DNA of 64,000 nucleotides from Thermoleophilia bacterium. Its GTDB lineage: Bacteria; Actinomycetota; Thermoleophilia; Gaiellales; Gaiellaceae. Under the pieces are notes generated by a model. The model worked only from the letters and a program-made list of their open reading frames with translations. It did no database searches and had not been told where the DNA came from. The DNA lies in assembly GCA_040005095.1 (NCBI GenBank), contig JBDTZN010000003.1, positions 12,089 to 76,088 on the forward strand. The letters run 5' to 3'. A program made the translations under genes and the position numbers. Below are positions 8,724 through 20,679 of the stretch, one piece after another. Every line of letters starts with the position of its first letter. The stretch's first letter is position 1.

Positions 8724-9566
8724 ATGAGACGGCTCTCGTTCCTCGTGCTAGTCGCTGCGGCCTGCACTGCGTGCGGCAGCGGATCGGAGCCGCGGACGGT
8801 CACCATCACGACGACCGAGGCAGTCGCCCCGCCCACTACGACGGCTCAGGCTCCGACCGGCTCCACGGTCGTCCCCTACTTCGTCGAGGGCGACCAGGTG
8901 GCCGCGGGCGAGCCGGTGCAGACGCCCGAGCGAGGAGTTGCCGCCGCTGCACTGCGCGCGCTGCTCGACGGGCCGAACGGACGCGAGTTGGCGGCCGGGC
9001 TGACAACCGCGGTCCCGCGCAACACGCAACTCCTCGACCTCACGGTCACAGGCGGCCTCGCCCGCGTCGACCTTTCGGGACTGTTTCGCGAAGGTGAGGG
9101 CGTGCCGGCGACCCGCGAACGGCTCGCACAGGTCGTGTACACGCTCACCCAGTTCCCGACGGTGAAGAGCGTGCGGGTGCGGATCGACGGCCACACCGTG
9201 ACCGCGCTCGGCGACGTCAAACTCGACCGCGCGCTGACCCGCGCCGACTTCGAGGATCAGACGCCGGCCATCCTCGTCGAGTCGCCGGGCCTCGGGACGG
9301 CGGTGAGCAGCCTGTTCACGGCGCGCGGCACGGCGAACACGTTCGAGGCGACGTTCGAGTACGAGCTGCGTGACGCTGCCGGCAAGGTGCTCGCCCAGCA
9401 CTTCGAGACGGCAACGTCGGGAACCGGGACGCGCGGAACCTTCTCCTTCCGGGTTTCGTTCACGGTCACGCAGCCGACCGCGGGATCGCTCGTCGTGTTC
9501 GAACGCTCGGCCGCGGACGGCTCGCGCATCCATGTCCGCACCATCCCGCTCACGCTCCAGCCGTGA
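8724..9566 (+). CDS. Lipoprotein with GerMN and Gmad2 (immunoglobulin-like) domains
   Basis: ATG 8724 gives MRRLSFLVLVAAACTACGSG (lipobox). The GerMN-like segment is AAALRALLDGPNGRELAAGLTTAVP...VDLS. The Gmad2-like segment is ILVESPGLGTAV...ARGTANTFEATFEYELRD. Confidence 0.7.
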   Translation: MRRLSFLVLVAAACTACGSGSEPRTVTITTTEAVAPPTTTAQAPTGSTVVPYFVEGDQVAAGEPVQTPERGVAAAALRALLDGPNGRELAAGLTTAVPRNTQLLDLTVTGGLARVDLSGLFREGEGVPATRERLAQVVYTLTQFPTVKSVRVRIDGHTVTALGDVKLDRALTRADFEDQTPAILVESPGLGTAVSSLFTARGTANTFEATFEYELRDAAGKVLAQHFETATSGTGTRGTFSFRVSFTVTQPTAGSLVVFERSAADGSRIHVRTIPLTLQP

Positions 9567-9802
9567 CCGATCCCGACGAGAAGCTCAGGCGGATCCGGGC
9601 AACCGAGCGGTTCAAGGTCTACTGCGTGTGCGTGGACGAGGACTGCGAGGCCGAGGTCGAGCTGACACTGGATGAATGGGATGCGATTCGGGGACGTCCC
9701 GGCGCGTACCAGATCGCGCCAGGCCATCCGGTTGCCGAGGGCGAGCAGATCCTGGAGCGCAACGATCGCTTCGAGGTCGCCGGGCCTGCCGAGCCTAAGT
9801 AA
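9563..9802 (+). CDS. Small Cys-containing hypothetical protein (79 aa)
   Basis: The GTG start overlaps the upstream stop (GTGA). Its composition is non-shadow-like (KVYCVCVDEDCEAEVELTLDEWDAIRG). I recognise no family. Confidence 0.5.
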   Translation: MTDPDEKLRRIRATERFKVYCVCVDEDCEAEVELTLDEWDAIRGRPGAYQIAPGHPVAEGEQILERNDRFEVAGPAEPK

Positions 9803-9817
9803 CAGACTGTTACTTAG
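9795..9817. repeat. Perfect 23-bp AT-rich palindrome CTAAGTAACAG-A-CTGTTACTTAG containing the stop codons of both convergent genes; probable bidirectional terminator hairpin or protein-binding site
   Basis: Seen directly in the sequence. TAA 9800-9802 ends the plus gene and TTA 9814-9816 is the acnA stop on the minus strand. Confidence 0.7.
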
Positions 9818-12546
9818 TCCGCGAGGAGTCGGCGCAGGACGTAAAGCAGGATGCCGCCGTGGCGGAAGTAGTCGCGCTCGCGGGGCGTGTCGAGCCGGAC
9901 CCGGGCGCGGAACTCCTTGTCGTCGGCGCGCACCGTGACCTCGTCGGCCTCGCCGTTCTCGACCCCTTCGACCGAGAACTCCTCGCGTCCGGTGAGGCCC
10001 AGCGTGTCGGGCGTCTCGCCGTCCAGGAACTGCAGCGGCAGGATGCCCATCATGAGCAGGTTCGAGCGGTGGATCCGCTCGTAGCTCTCGGCGATCACCG
10101 CGCGTACGCCGAGCAGGTTCGGGCCTTTTGCCGCCCAGTCGCGCGACGAGCCGGAGCCGTACTCCTTGCCCGCGAGGAGGACGAGCGGCGTGCCCTCCGC
10201 CAGGTACCGCACCGCCGCGTCGTAGATCGTCAGCTCCTCGCCGCTCGGGACGTGCACGGTCCATGTGCCCTCGCTCCCCGGGACAAGCAGGTTCTTGAGG
10301 CGCACGTTGGCGAACGTCCCGCGGACCATCACCTCGTGATTCCCGCGCCTGGAGCCGTACGAGTTGAAGTCCTTGCGCTCCACGCCGTGCTCGGTCAGGT
10401 ACTTGCCTGCGGGTGAGTCGGGCTGGATTGCGCCCGCCGGCGAGATGTGGTCGGTCGTCACCGAGTCACCGAGCCGCACGAGAACGCGCGCGCCGTGGAT
10501 GTCCTCGACCGCGCCCGGCTCGCGTGACATCCCGTCGAAGTACGGGGGCTGGCGCACGTACGTCGAGGTGTCCTCCCACGCGAACAGGTCGCCCTCGGGG
10601 ACGGGCAGGTTGCGCCACGTCTCGTCGCCGCTGAACACGTCCGCGTAGGTGCGGCTGAACATCGACCCGTCGATCGAGCGCGCGATCGTCTCCTGAATCT
10701 CGTCCCCGCTCGGCCAGAGGTCGCGGAGGAAGACGTCGTTGCCGTCGGCGTCCGTCCCGAGCGGCTCCTCGTTCAGGTCGAGGTCCATGCGCCCGGCGAG
10801 CGAGTACGCAACCACGAGCGGCGGCGACGCGAGGTAGTTCGCCTTCACCTCAGGATGGATTCGCGCTTCGAAGTTGCGGTTTCCCGACAGGACGGAGCAG
10901 ACCACGAGCTCGCCTTCCTCGATCGCCGCGGAGATCGCTTCCGGCAGCGGCCCGGAGTTGCCGATGCAGGTCGTGCAGCCGTAGCCGACCGTGTGGAAGC
11001 CGAGCTCCTCGAGGAACGGCGTCAGGCCGGCTTTCTCGTAATACTCGGTCACGACGCGCGAGCCCGGGGCGAGGCTCGACTTGACCCACGGCTTGCGCTG
11101 GAGCCCTCGCTCCACAGCTTTTTTTGCCAGCAGGCCCGCGGCGATCATCACCTGCGGGTTCGACGTGTTCGTACAGCTCGTGATCGCGGCGATCACGACG
11201 GAGCCGTGCTCGAGCTCGTAGTCCTGACCTTCGACGGGGACCGACCGGCGCCGGGGATCCAGTGTCGCCACCGGAACCACCGGATCCTCGTCGGGAAGCG
11301 CTTTCGCGCCAGGCTGGCTCTCGCCCGGTGGATCGCTGGCCGGGAACGTGTCCGCGACGTCCTTGTCCTGCGAACCATTCGTGTAGTCGACGCCGAACGT
11401 GTTCAGCGCGTCGAGGAACGACTCCTTCGCGCGCGCGAGCGGGACGCGGTCCTGCGGGCGCCGCGGGCCCGCGAGGCTGGGCTCGACCGTGGAGAGATCG
11501 AGCTCGACCACCTGTGAGTACGTGGGCTCGTCGCTCGGGTCGTGCCAGAGCATGTTCTCCTTGCAATAGGCCTCGACGAGCGCGATCCGCTCGGCCGGCC
11601 GGCCGGTCAGCCGCAGGTAGGTCAGCGTCAGGTCGTCGACCGGGAAGAAGCCGCATGTCGCGCCGTACTCGGGGGACATGTTCCCGAGCGTCGCGCGGTC
11701 GGCGAGCGGCAGGGAGTCGAGCCCGTGGCCGAAGTACTCGACGAACTTCCCGACCACGCCGGTCTTCCGCAGGATCTGGGTGACGGTGAGGACGAGGTCG
11801 GTTGCCGTCGCGCCTTCCGGCATCGCGCCGGTGAGGCGGAAGCCGACGACCTGCGGCACGAGCATCGACAGCGCCTCCCCGAGCATGGCCGCCTCGGCCT
11901 CGATCCCTCCGACCCCCCAGCCCAGCACGCCGAGCCCGTTCACCATCGTCGTGTGCGAATCGGTGCCGACGAGCGTGTCGGGAAACGCCATGCCGTCGCG
12001 CGACTCGACCACCCGGGCCAGGTACTCCAGGTTGACTTGATGGACGATCCCGGTGCCGGGGGGCACGACCTTGAAGTCGTCGAAGGCGGACTGTCCCCAG
12101 CGCAGGAAGGCATAGCGCTCGCGATTCCGCTCGAACTCGCGCTCGACGTTGTGCTGGAACGCGAAGCGCGTGCCGAACTCGTCGACCTGCACCGAATGGT
12201 CGATCACGAGCTCGGACGGAACGAGCGGATTGATCTTTTGGGCATCGCCGCCGAGGTCGGCCATGGCGTTTCGCATCGCCGCGAGGTCGACGACCGCCGG
12301 GACGCCGGTGAAGTCCTGGAGCAGCGAGCGCGCAGGCATGAACGAGATCTCGCGGGAGGGCTCCTCGGTCGCCACCCAGGTCGCGATCGCCTCGACATCC
12401 TGCTCGTCGCCGGTGCGGAGCGCGTTCTCTAGGAGGATGCGAAGCGTGTACGGGAGCCGCGCAACGTCGTAGCTCGATTGCAGCGAGTCGAGCCGGAAGA
12501 TCGCGTAGCTCGTGTCGCCGACCGTCAGCTGCGAGCGCGCTTCCAC
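9814..12546 (-). CDS. acnA: Aconitate hydratase A
   Basis: A 910-aa product with unmistakable aconitase/IRP family sequence ([57 protein letters not shown]). Confidence 0.97.
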   Translation of the reverse strand: MEARSQLTVGDTSYAIFRLDSLQSSYDVARLPYTLRILLENALRTGDEQDVEAIATWVATEEPSREISFMPARSLLQDFTGVPAVVDLAAMRNAMADLGGDAQKINPLVPSELVIDHSVQVDEFGTRFAFQHNVEREFERNRERYAFLRWGQSAFDDFKVVPPGTGIVHQVNLEYLARVVESRDGMAFPDTLVGTDSHTTMVNGLGVLGWGVGGIEAEAAMLGEALSMLVPQVVGFRLTGAMPEGATATDLVLTVTQILRKTGVVGKFVEYFGHGLDSLPLADRATLGNMSPEYGATCGFFPVDDLTLTYLRLTGRPAERIALVEAYCKENMLWHDPSDEPTYSQVVELDLSTVEPSLAGPRRPQDRVPLARAKESFLDALNTFGVDYTNGSQDKDVADTFPASDPPGESQPGAKALPDEDPVVPVATLDPRRRSVPVEGQDYELEHGSVVIAAITSCTNTSNPQVMIAAGLLAKKAVERGLQRKPWVKSSLAPGSRVVTEYYEKAGLTPFLEELGFHTVGYGCTTCIGNSGPLPEAISAAIEEGELVVCSVLSGNRNFEARIHPEVKANYLASPPLVVAYSLAGRMDLDLNEEPLGTDADGNDVFLRDLWPSGDEIQETIARSIDGSMFSRTYADVFSGDETWRNLPVPEGDLFAWEDTSTYVRQPPYFDGMSREPGAVEDIHGARVLVRLGDSVTTDHISPAGAIQPDSPAGKYLTEHGVERKDFNSYGSRRGNHEVMVRGTFANVRLKNLLVPGSEGTWTVHVPSGEELTIYDAAVRYLAEGTPLVLLAGKEYGSGSSRDWAAKGPNLLGVRAVIAESYERIHRSNLLMMGILPLQFLDGETPDTLGLTGREEFSVEGVENGEADEVTVRADDKEFRARVRLDTPRERDYFRHGGILLYVLRRLLAD

Positions 12547-12658
12547 GACCTCGATTCTATGGCTAAGCGTCGCTCAGCCCGAGACGGCTACGTAGAACGC
12601 GTGATCCTCGCGCAGAGGGCGTCGCCGAGCTCGGTCGTGGGCGGGGGTGCCTCGGCCG

Positions 12659-13066
12659 CTAGGCCGGAGAGGACTGGTGGCGCCGCGCGCCGATCTCGAC
12701 AAGCGTCGGCACGAGCGTCTCCTGCATCTGCTCTTTCGGGATGTACCCCACGGCCCCGAGCTCGAAGGCTCGATCGGCGTCGGCGGGATCGTCTGACACC
12801 GTCAGCACGAGCACGGCCGCGGACGAGCCGAGCTCGCGCAGCCGGCGCATCGTCGCGAAGCCGTCGAGCACCGGCATGCGGATGTCGAGGACGATCACGT
12901 CCGGCTCGAGCGACAGAGCGAGCGCGATCGCCTCGCGGCCGTTCTCGGCGCGACCCACGACGTCGATCGAGCACTCCGTCGCGAGCACGGCCTCCAGCGC
13001 CTTCAGGTACGTCGCGTGGTCGTCGACGACCAGCACTCGAACCCGTAGCGGCGCCGCAGCCTCCAC
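12659..13066 (-). CDS. Stand-alone response-regulator receiver domain protein (CheY-like)
   Basis: RVLVVDDHATYLKALEAVL...PDVIVLDIRMPVLDG...VLVLTVSDD...GAVGYIPK. There is no output domain. Confidence 0.85.
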   Translation of the reverse strand: MEAAAPLRVRVLVVDDHATYLKALEAVLATECSIDVVGRAENGREAIALALSLEPDVIVLDIRMPVLDGFATMRRLRELGSSAAVLVLTVSDDPADADRAFELGAVGYIPKEQMQETLVPTLVEIGARRHQSSPA

Positions 13067-13286
13067 GTTTTGTCAACGCGGGAAGGCCCGTTTTAGGTGC
13101 GACGCAACCTGCGCTTAACAAAGGCGCAACCGGAGTTCAACATGCGGCGAGATACAACGAGATGCGATGCATGGGCAAAACCTCGGATGGCGCACCGGTC
13201 CTAGCGTCGACCGAAAGGACGGGCCCCGAACCCCTGGGGGCCTGCTTCCGCTCCGCCGCCTGCCAGCGCGGCAACCGGAAGCACGT

Positions 13287-13332
13287 TAGAGCCGGAAGCC
13301 CCCGCTTGCCTGCCACGGGGCTTCCGGCTCTA
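13287..13332 (-). terminator. Strong hairpin (16-bp stem, 14-nt loop) 15 nt downstream of the hxlR-like stop; putative intrinsic terminator without a clear U-tract
   Basis: TAGAGCCGGAAGCCCC-N14-GGGGCTTCCGGCTCTA, seen directly in the sequence. Confidence 0.55.
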
Positions 13333-13346
13333 GCTCTTCTCCGGCA

Positions 13347-13657
13347 CTAGCCGACCGCGACGCGTCTGAGCGCGTCCACGACGACCTTGAGGCGCTCGCC
13401 TTCGGCCGTGAGGCGGTACTCGACGCTCGGCGGGCGCGTGTCGTGGACGATCCGCTCGAGGACGCCGGCCTCCTCGAGCTCGCCCAGGCGCTGCGCGAGC
13501 GTGCGGGGCGGGATCGGGCCGACGACCTGGCGGAACTCGTTGAAGCGCACCGCACCGGTGTGCGAGGCATAAAGGATCGCGAGGAGCCAGCGCCGCCCGA
13601 GAAGCTCCGCTGTTACGCGGACCTCCTCGGGAACCGGGATGCAGCGCCGGCAGCGCA

Positions 13658-13658
<1 letters not shown>
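13347..13658 (-). CDS. HxlR-family transcriptional regulator
   Basis: ELLGRRWLLAILYASHTGAVRFNEFRQVVGPIPPRTLAQRLGELEEAGVLERIVH...VEYRLT matches the family. Its ATG overlaps the lon stop by 1 nt (TAATG). Confidence 0.85.
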
Positions 13659-15985
<2,327 letters not shown>

Positions 15986-16036
15986 TGGTAGTAACTATAC
16001 ATTTTGTACCTGCCTGAGCGCCACTAGACTTCCAGC

Positions 16037-17182
16037 GTGGAGGCGCTCGACCGCGCACGGAAGGTGCTCGTCCAATGGGACGAGGAGCTACAGCGCGAGC
16101 TGCCCGAGCGGGCGGAAGTGTTCGACGCCCACGTGCACCTCGGCGAGGACGTCGACGGCATGGTCGGGCGTTACGACGACCTGATCGACGTGATGGACCG
16201 GTACGGGATGTCGCGCTGCTTCATGTTCTGCCTCGACGAGCCCGATCGGCACCCGGCTTTCCGGGCGGCGAACGACCGCACCCTCGCTTTTGCGGCCCGC
16301 TCGGAGGGGCGAGTCATCCCGTTCGTGCGGCTCGACCTGAACGAGCAGCCTGTCGAGGAGGCGACCCGCTGCCTCGACCTCGGCGCCCGCGGGATCAAGC
16401 TGCATCCGCGGGCCCAAAAGTTCGACGCGAGCGACGACCGCCTTCGTCCTATATTCGAGCTCGCAGCTGAGCGGCGCGTGCCGATCCTCATCCACGGAGG
16501 CCGCGGGCTGCCGCCCATCGCCGATGGCCTGCGCCGTGTTTTCGAGGGCGCCCCCGGCTCGCAGCTGATCATCGCCCACGCAGGCATCGCCGACATGGCG
16601 TCCCTGGCGGATTGCTTCGCGGGCCGCGCGGGCGTCTTCTTCGACACCTCCGTCTGGAGCCCGGTCGACCTGCTCGAGTTCTACCGCCTCGTCCCGCCCG
16701 AGCAGGCCGTCTACGCCTCCGACTTCCCGTACGGCCAGCAGCCCTCGTCGCTCGTGCTCTCGCTGCGGACGGCGCAGCTCGCGGGGCTCGACGACACGCA
16801 GCTCCGGGACATGCTGGCCGGCAACGCGAAGCGGATCGCGGACGGCGAGGAGCCGAAGCAGCCGTCCAAGCCGGTCGGCTCCGACACGTTTTCGCAGCCG
16901 ATGGTCTTCGCCCGGATTCACCAGTACCTGTCGATGGCGACGCCGCTCCTCTGGACGCGCCAGGCGGACCACGTCGGCGTGCTCGGGCTCGCGCTGAACG
17001 CAACCGACGACCGCAACGGCCGGCCCGAAGAGCTCGACCGGATTCGCGAGCTGATCGCCACCGCGCAGACGCTCTGGTCGGAATCGCAGCAGATCGAGGA
17101 CGAGGCCGAACGGTGGAGCACGAACCGCGTCACGTTCCGGCTCATCCATCTCGCGGACATCCTCGCGGTGACGACTCCGTGA
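16037..17182 (+). CDS. Amidohydrolase-family (TIM-barrel metal-dependent hydrolase) protein
   Basis: Motifs DAHVHLGED, GIKLHPRAQKF, ILIHGGRG, IIAHAGIAD and YASDFPYG match the family. The gene is coupled by a GTGA overlap to the following 2Fe-2S subunit gene. Confidence 0.8.
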   Translation: MEALDRARKVLVQWDEELQRELPERAEVFDAHVHLGEDVDGMVGRYDDLIDVMDRYGMSRCFMFCLDEPDRHPAFRAANDRTLAFAARSEGRVIPFVRLDLNEQPVEEATRCLDLGARGIKLHPRAQKFDASDDRLRPIFELAAERRVPILIHGGRGLPPIADGLRRVFEGAPGSQLIIAHAGIADMASLADCFAGRAGVFFDTSVWSPVDLLEFYRLVPPEQAVYASDFPYGQQPSSLVLSLRTAQLAGLDDTQLRDMLAGNAKRIADGEEPKQPSKPVGSDTFSQPMVFARIHQYLSMATPLLWTRQADHVGVLGLALNATDDRNGRPEELDRIRELIATAQTLWSESQQIEDEAERWSTNRVTFRLIHLADILAVTTP

Positions 17183-17616
17183 TCGAGCTCGACGTCAACG
17201 GCCAGCGGTACGAGCTCGAGGCGCCGGTCGGACGCTCGCTGGCCGACGTCCTGCGCGACGACCTCGGGCTGATCGGGACGAAGATCGCGTGCGGAGAGGG
17301 CCACTGCGGCGCGTGCACAGTGCAGCTCGACGGCGTCCCGGTGCTGTCGTGCATCACGCTCGTCCACACCGTCGGCTCGCGCAAGATCACGACCATCGAA
17401 GGGCTGCGCGACCATCCGCTCGTGGACGCATTCGTCGTTGCCGACGCGCTGCAATGCGGCTTCTGCACGCCGGGCCAGATCGTCTCGGCGAGCGCGCTCG
17501 TAGCCGCGAATCCCAGCCCTTCGAAGGACGAGATCCGGCACGCGATGGCCGGAAACCTCTGCCGCTGCGGCACCTATCCGAAGATCGAGGAGGCGATTCA
17601 AGCTTGGCAAGGCTGA
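17179..17616 (+). CDS. (2Fe-2S)-binding small subunit of a xanthine dehydrogenase-family molybdenum hydroxylase
   Basis: It starts at GTG 17179. Cys clusters are CGEGHCGACTV and QCGFCTPGQI...CRCGTY. Confidence 0.9.
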   Translation: MIELDVNGQRYELEAPVGRSLADVLRDDLGLIGTKIACGEGHCGACTVQLDGVPVLSCITLVHTVGSRKITTIEGLRDHPLVDAFVVADALQCGFCTPGQIVSASALVAANPSPSKDEIRHAMAGNLCRCGTYPKIEEAIQAWQG

Positions 17617-19865
17617 TCAAGACCGAGAAGGAAGTCGAAGGCCGCTACACCGAGCAGTGGATCGTCGTCGACGAGGATGCGCTCGACCAGTGGCCTGAAG
17701 GGCCGCTCGAGGTCGTGGGTCAGGCGGTGCCGCGCATCGACGGGCACGACCGCGCGCGCGGTCTCGCCGGCTACACCGCCGACGTGCGCCTGCCCGGCCT
17801 CCTCCAGGCAGCCGTGCTCCGCAGTCCTCACGCGCACGCGCGCGTGAGGAGCATCGATCTCTCGCGGGCGCTCGCCGCCGACGGCGTTCGCGCCGCGATC
17901 GGCCCGGACGACATCGAAGGGCTCACAGACGAGCCGGCCTACATGGGCGCGCCGGTCGCCGCGGTTGCAGCCGACACGTTCGGCCAGGCGCGGGCGGCGG
18001 TCTGGCTGATCGAGGTGGAGTGGGAGGAGCTGGAGCCGCTTCTGGATCCCGACGAGGCGGTCAAGCAGGGCTCGCTCCTCGACGAGTCGGAGACGTACGA
18101 GCGCGGAGACTTCGAACGTGGACTGGTGGAGGCGGACGCCGTCGTCGAGGCGGAATACCGCACGCAGGTCGTCCTCCACAACGCGTTGGAGACGCATCAG
18201 TCGATCGCACACTGGGAGGACGGCGGGGTCACGATCTACATCTCGACCCAGTACATCTGGGGTGTGCGGGCCGCCGTCGCCAAGCTGACCGGCCTGCCGC
18301 AGGACAAGGTGCGCGTCATCTGCCTCGCGATGGGAGGCGGCTTCGGCGCGAAGAACAGCCCCGGCGACTACACGCCGATCGCAGTTGAGCTCGCGAAGCG
18401 GACGGGGCAGCCGGTGCGCTGCGCGCTCACGCGGCGCGAGGAGAACGTCGCGGCCGGCAACCGGAACGCGACGATCCAGCGGATCACCGCCGCGGCTCGC
18501 GCGGACGGCATCCTCACCGCGCTCGGCGGCGAGTTCGTGAACGCGATCGGACACGGCGGTTGGTCGTCCTCCACCGAGGGCCCGATGCAGATGCTCTACG
18601 CCTGCGAGAACATGCGGACCGTCAAGCACAGCGCGAAGCTGAACCTGCCGCCGATGGCGGCGTTCCGCGCGCCGGGCTTCGTCGAGGGGACGTTCGGCCT
18701 CGAGTGCCTGCTGGACGAGCTCGCGGCGAAGCTCGACATCGACCCGCTCGAGCTGCGCCGGCGGAACTACGCGGACTCGGACCGCCTGGACGAGCGTCCG
18801 TTCTCGTCGAAGCAGCTCGCGGAGTGCTACCGCCGCGCCGAGCCGCACTGGGCGCGGCGCGACGAGGTGCGCGCGAGCTCCTTCGGCCCGTGGAAGCGCG
18901 GCGTCGGGCTGGCAAGCCAGATCTGGTACGGCGGCGGCGGCCCTCCGTCCTATGCGTGGGTTCGCGTCGGGTCCGACGGTCATGCACAGGTCGTCACGGC
19001 GATGCAGGACATCGGCACGGGATCCCGGACCGCGATGGCGCAGATTGCCGCGGAGGAGCTCGGGATCCCGATCGACCACGTCCACGTCTCGCTCGGCGAT
19101 TCCGCGCGGGGGCCGTACTCGACCCTCTCCGCCGGCTCCTCGACCATCCCGTCGATGGGACCGGCGACGCGCGCAGCCGCTGCGGACGCGAAGCGCCAGA
19201 TCATCGAGATCGCCGCGCAACGCTTCGACGTCGAGGAGCGCGTGCTCGATCTCAAGGGCGGGAAGATCGTCTCCGCGGACGGCGGATCATGGGATCTGAC
19301 CGAGATCACCGGGCTGCTCGAGGACGCGCAGATTCTTGGCAAAGGGGCGCGCGGGCCGAACCCGACCGGGATGCGTGTGCTCACCTTCGGCGTGCAGGTC
19401 GCGGAGGTCGCGGTCGACGTAGAAACCGGCGAGGTTCGGGTCGACAAGATCGTCGCGATCCACGACGTGGGCCGCGTGATCAACACGCTCGGCGCGTCGA
19501 GCCAGGTCGAGGGAGGAATCATCCAGGGCCTCGGGCATACGCTCTCGGAAGAGCGACTGATGGATCCCGCGAGCGGGCGGATCCTGACCCAGACGCTCGA
19601 CACGTACAAGCTGCCGACGATCGCCGACGTGCCCGAGATCGTCATCGACCTCGTCGACGTGCCCGACCCGCACCTGACGAACCTCGGAGCCAAGGGTCTC
19701 GGCGAGCCGCCGATCATCCCCGTCGCCGCAGCGATCGCCAACGCGATCCGCGACGCGACCGGCGCCGACGTGCGCTCGCTGCCGATCAGCCGCGAGGAGC
19801 TGCTGAAGGCGCTACGCGAGGCCGAAGCCAAGAAGCGCGAGCCGGTTGGAACTGCTGCGTCCTAG
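17604..19865 (+). CDS. Molybdopterin-binding large subunit of a xanthine dehydrogenase/aldehyde oxidase-family hydroxylase (start uncertain)
   Basis: Motifs GGGFGAK, AAFRAPGF and AKGLGEPPIIPVAAAIANAI match the family. Candidate starts are TTG 17604, CTG 17613 or GTG 17715 (MGQAVPRIDGHDRARG...). The upstream part of track ORF 17289-19865 overlaps the 2Fe-2S gene. Confidence 0.9.
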   Translation: MARLIKTEKEVEGRYTEQWIVVDEDALDQWPEGPLEVVGQAVPRIDGHDRARGLAGYTADVRLPGLLQAAVLRSPHAHARVRSIDLSRALAADGVRAAIGPDDIEGLTDEPAYMGAPVAAVAADTFGQARAAVWLIEVEWEELEPLLDPDEAVKQGSLLDESETYERGDFERGLVEADAVVEAEYRTQVVLHNALETHQSIAHWEDGGVTIYISTQYIWGVRAAVAKLTGLPQDKVRVICLAMGGGFGAKNSPGDYTPIAVELAKRTGQPVRCALTRREENVAAGNRNATIQRITAAARADGILTALGGEFVNAIGHGGWSSSTEGPMQMLYACENMRTVKHSAKLNLPPMAAFRAPGFVEGTFGLECLLDELAAKLDIDPLELRRRNYADSDRLDERPFSSKQLAECYRRAEPHWARRDEVRASSFGPWKRGVGLASQIWYGGGGPPSYAWVRVGSDGHAQVVTAMQDIGTGSRTAMAQIAAEELGIPIDHVHVSLGDSARGPYSTLSAGSSTIPSMGPATRAAAADAKRQIIEIAAQRFDVEERVLDLKGGKIVSADGGSWDLTEITGLLEDAQILGKGARGPNPTGMRVLTFGVQVAEVAVDVETGEVRVDKIVAIHDVGRVINTLGASSQVEGGIIQGLGHTLSEERLMDPASGRILTQTLDTYKLPTIADVPEIVIDLVDVPDPHLTNLGAKGLGEPPIIPVAAAIANAIRDATGADVRSLPISREELLKALREAEAKKREPVGTAAS

Positions 19866-20679
19866 CTCGCTCGAGGAGGCCACGGCCTCGCTCGGCAACG
19901 GCGCGCGTGCGCTTGTCGGCGGGACGGAGCTCGTGCCGCTCGTCCGCGCCGGGCTCGTTCAGGCGGACACGCTCGTCGACGTCAGCGCGCTGATTCCGCG
20001 TGGCGTCGACGGCTCGCGGATCGGCGCGGCTACCACGCTCGCCGAGCTCGAGGTCGATCCCCAGATCCCCGATGCCCTGCGCGAGGCGTGCCGGCTCGCG
20101 GCGTCCCCGCAGCTCCGCAACATGGGCAGTGTCGGCGGGAACCTCCTCCAGGCGACCCGTTGCTGGTACTGGCGGCTGAAGTACCCGTGCTACCTCCACG
20201 GCGGCGACGTGTGCCATGCGAAGGCGGGCGAGCACCGCGAGCACGCGATCTTCGGCAACGAGGGCTGCGCGTCGGCGCATCCCTCCGATGTGGCCGCGGC
20301 GCTCGTCGCCCTCGGCGCCTCGCTGCGCACGACGAGCCGCGAGCTCTCGGTGGCCGACCTGTATCGCCTGCCGACCGACGACGACCGAGAGCTCACGACG
20401 CTCGAGCCGGGCGAGCTGATCCTCGAGCTGGATGTACCCGCTCCCGATTCGAGCGTCTATCTCAAGGCGATGGAGCGCCAGCGTTTCGCGTTCCCGATCG
20501 TCGGGGTCGCGGCGGCGCGCACTGGGGACATGACGCGGATCGCCCTCGCCGGCGTCGCGCCGATCCCGTGGCTGCTCGCCTCCCCAGAGGCGCTTGACGA
20601 GGCGACGCCGCTGCTGCGGACCGGATACAAGGTAGACATCGCGCGCGCGCTCGTCCGGCGAGCCCTCGAAGCGCTGTGA
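19846..20679 (+). CDS. FAD-binding medium subunit (CoxM/XdhB-like)
   Basis: It starts at TTG 19846. ALVGGTELVPLVRAG, NMGSVGGNL and the CO-dehydrogenase flavoprotein-like C-terminus support the call. Confidence 0.85.
   Translation: MELLRPSSLEEATASLGNGARALVGGTELVPLVRAGLVQADTLVDVSALIPRGVDGSRIGAATTLAELEVDPQIPDALREACRLAASPQLRNMGSVGGNLLQATRCWYWRLKYPCYLHGGDVCHAKAGEHREHAIFGNEGCASAHPSDVAAALVALGASLRTTSRELSVADLYRLPTDDDRELTTLEPGELILELDVPAPDSSVYLKAMERQRFAFPIVGVAAARTGDMTRIALAGVAPIPWLLASPEALDEATPLLRTGYKVDIARALVRRALEAL

Noticed and set aside
13070-13290. Possible SRP (4.5S) RNA or other sRNA in the 280-bp gap between the response-regulator and hxlR genes. The minus strand contains CAGGCGGCGGAGCGGAAGCAGGCC, reminiscent of the SRP GGAAGCAGCC motif, and a 13-mer CAGGCGGCGGAGC shared with element copy B.
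   Set aside because: I could not fold a domain IV-like helix with a GNAR tetraloop and symmetric loop around it, and the remaining SRP consensus is missing. The 13-mer match is not accompanied by the element's hairpin architecture. The region is left as an unexplained intergenic gap containing the hxlR terminator and the response-regulator promoter.
17598-19220. 540-aa minus-strand ORF. Similar long antisense ORFs occur at 27817-29352, 30355-31533, 39648-41252, 45178-46377, 52974-54044 and 58470-59414.
   Set aside because: Each lies opposite a gene with strong family signatures and has shadow-frame composition. None has motifs or a plausible start context.
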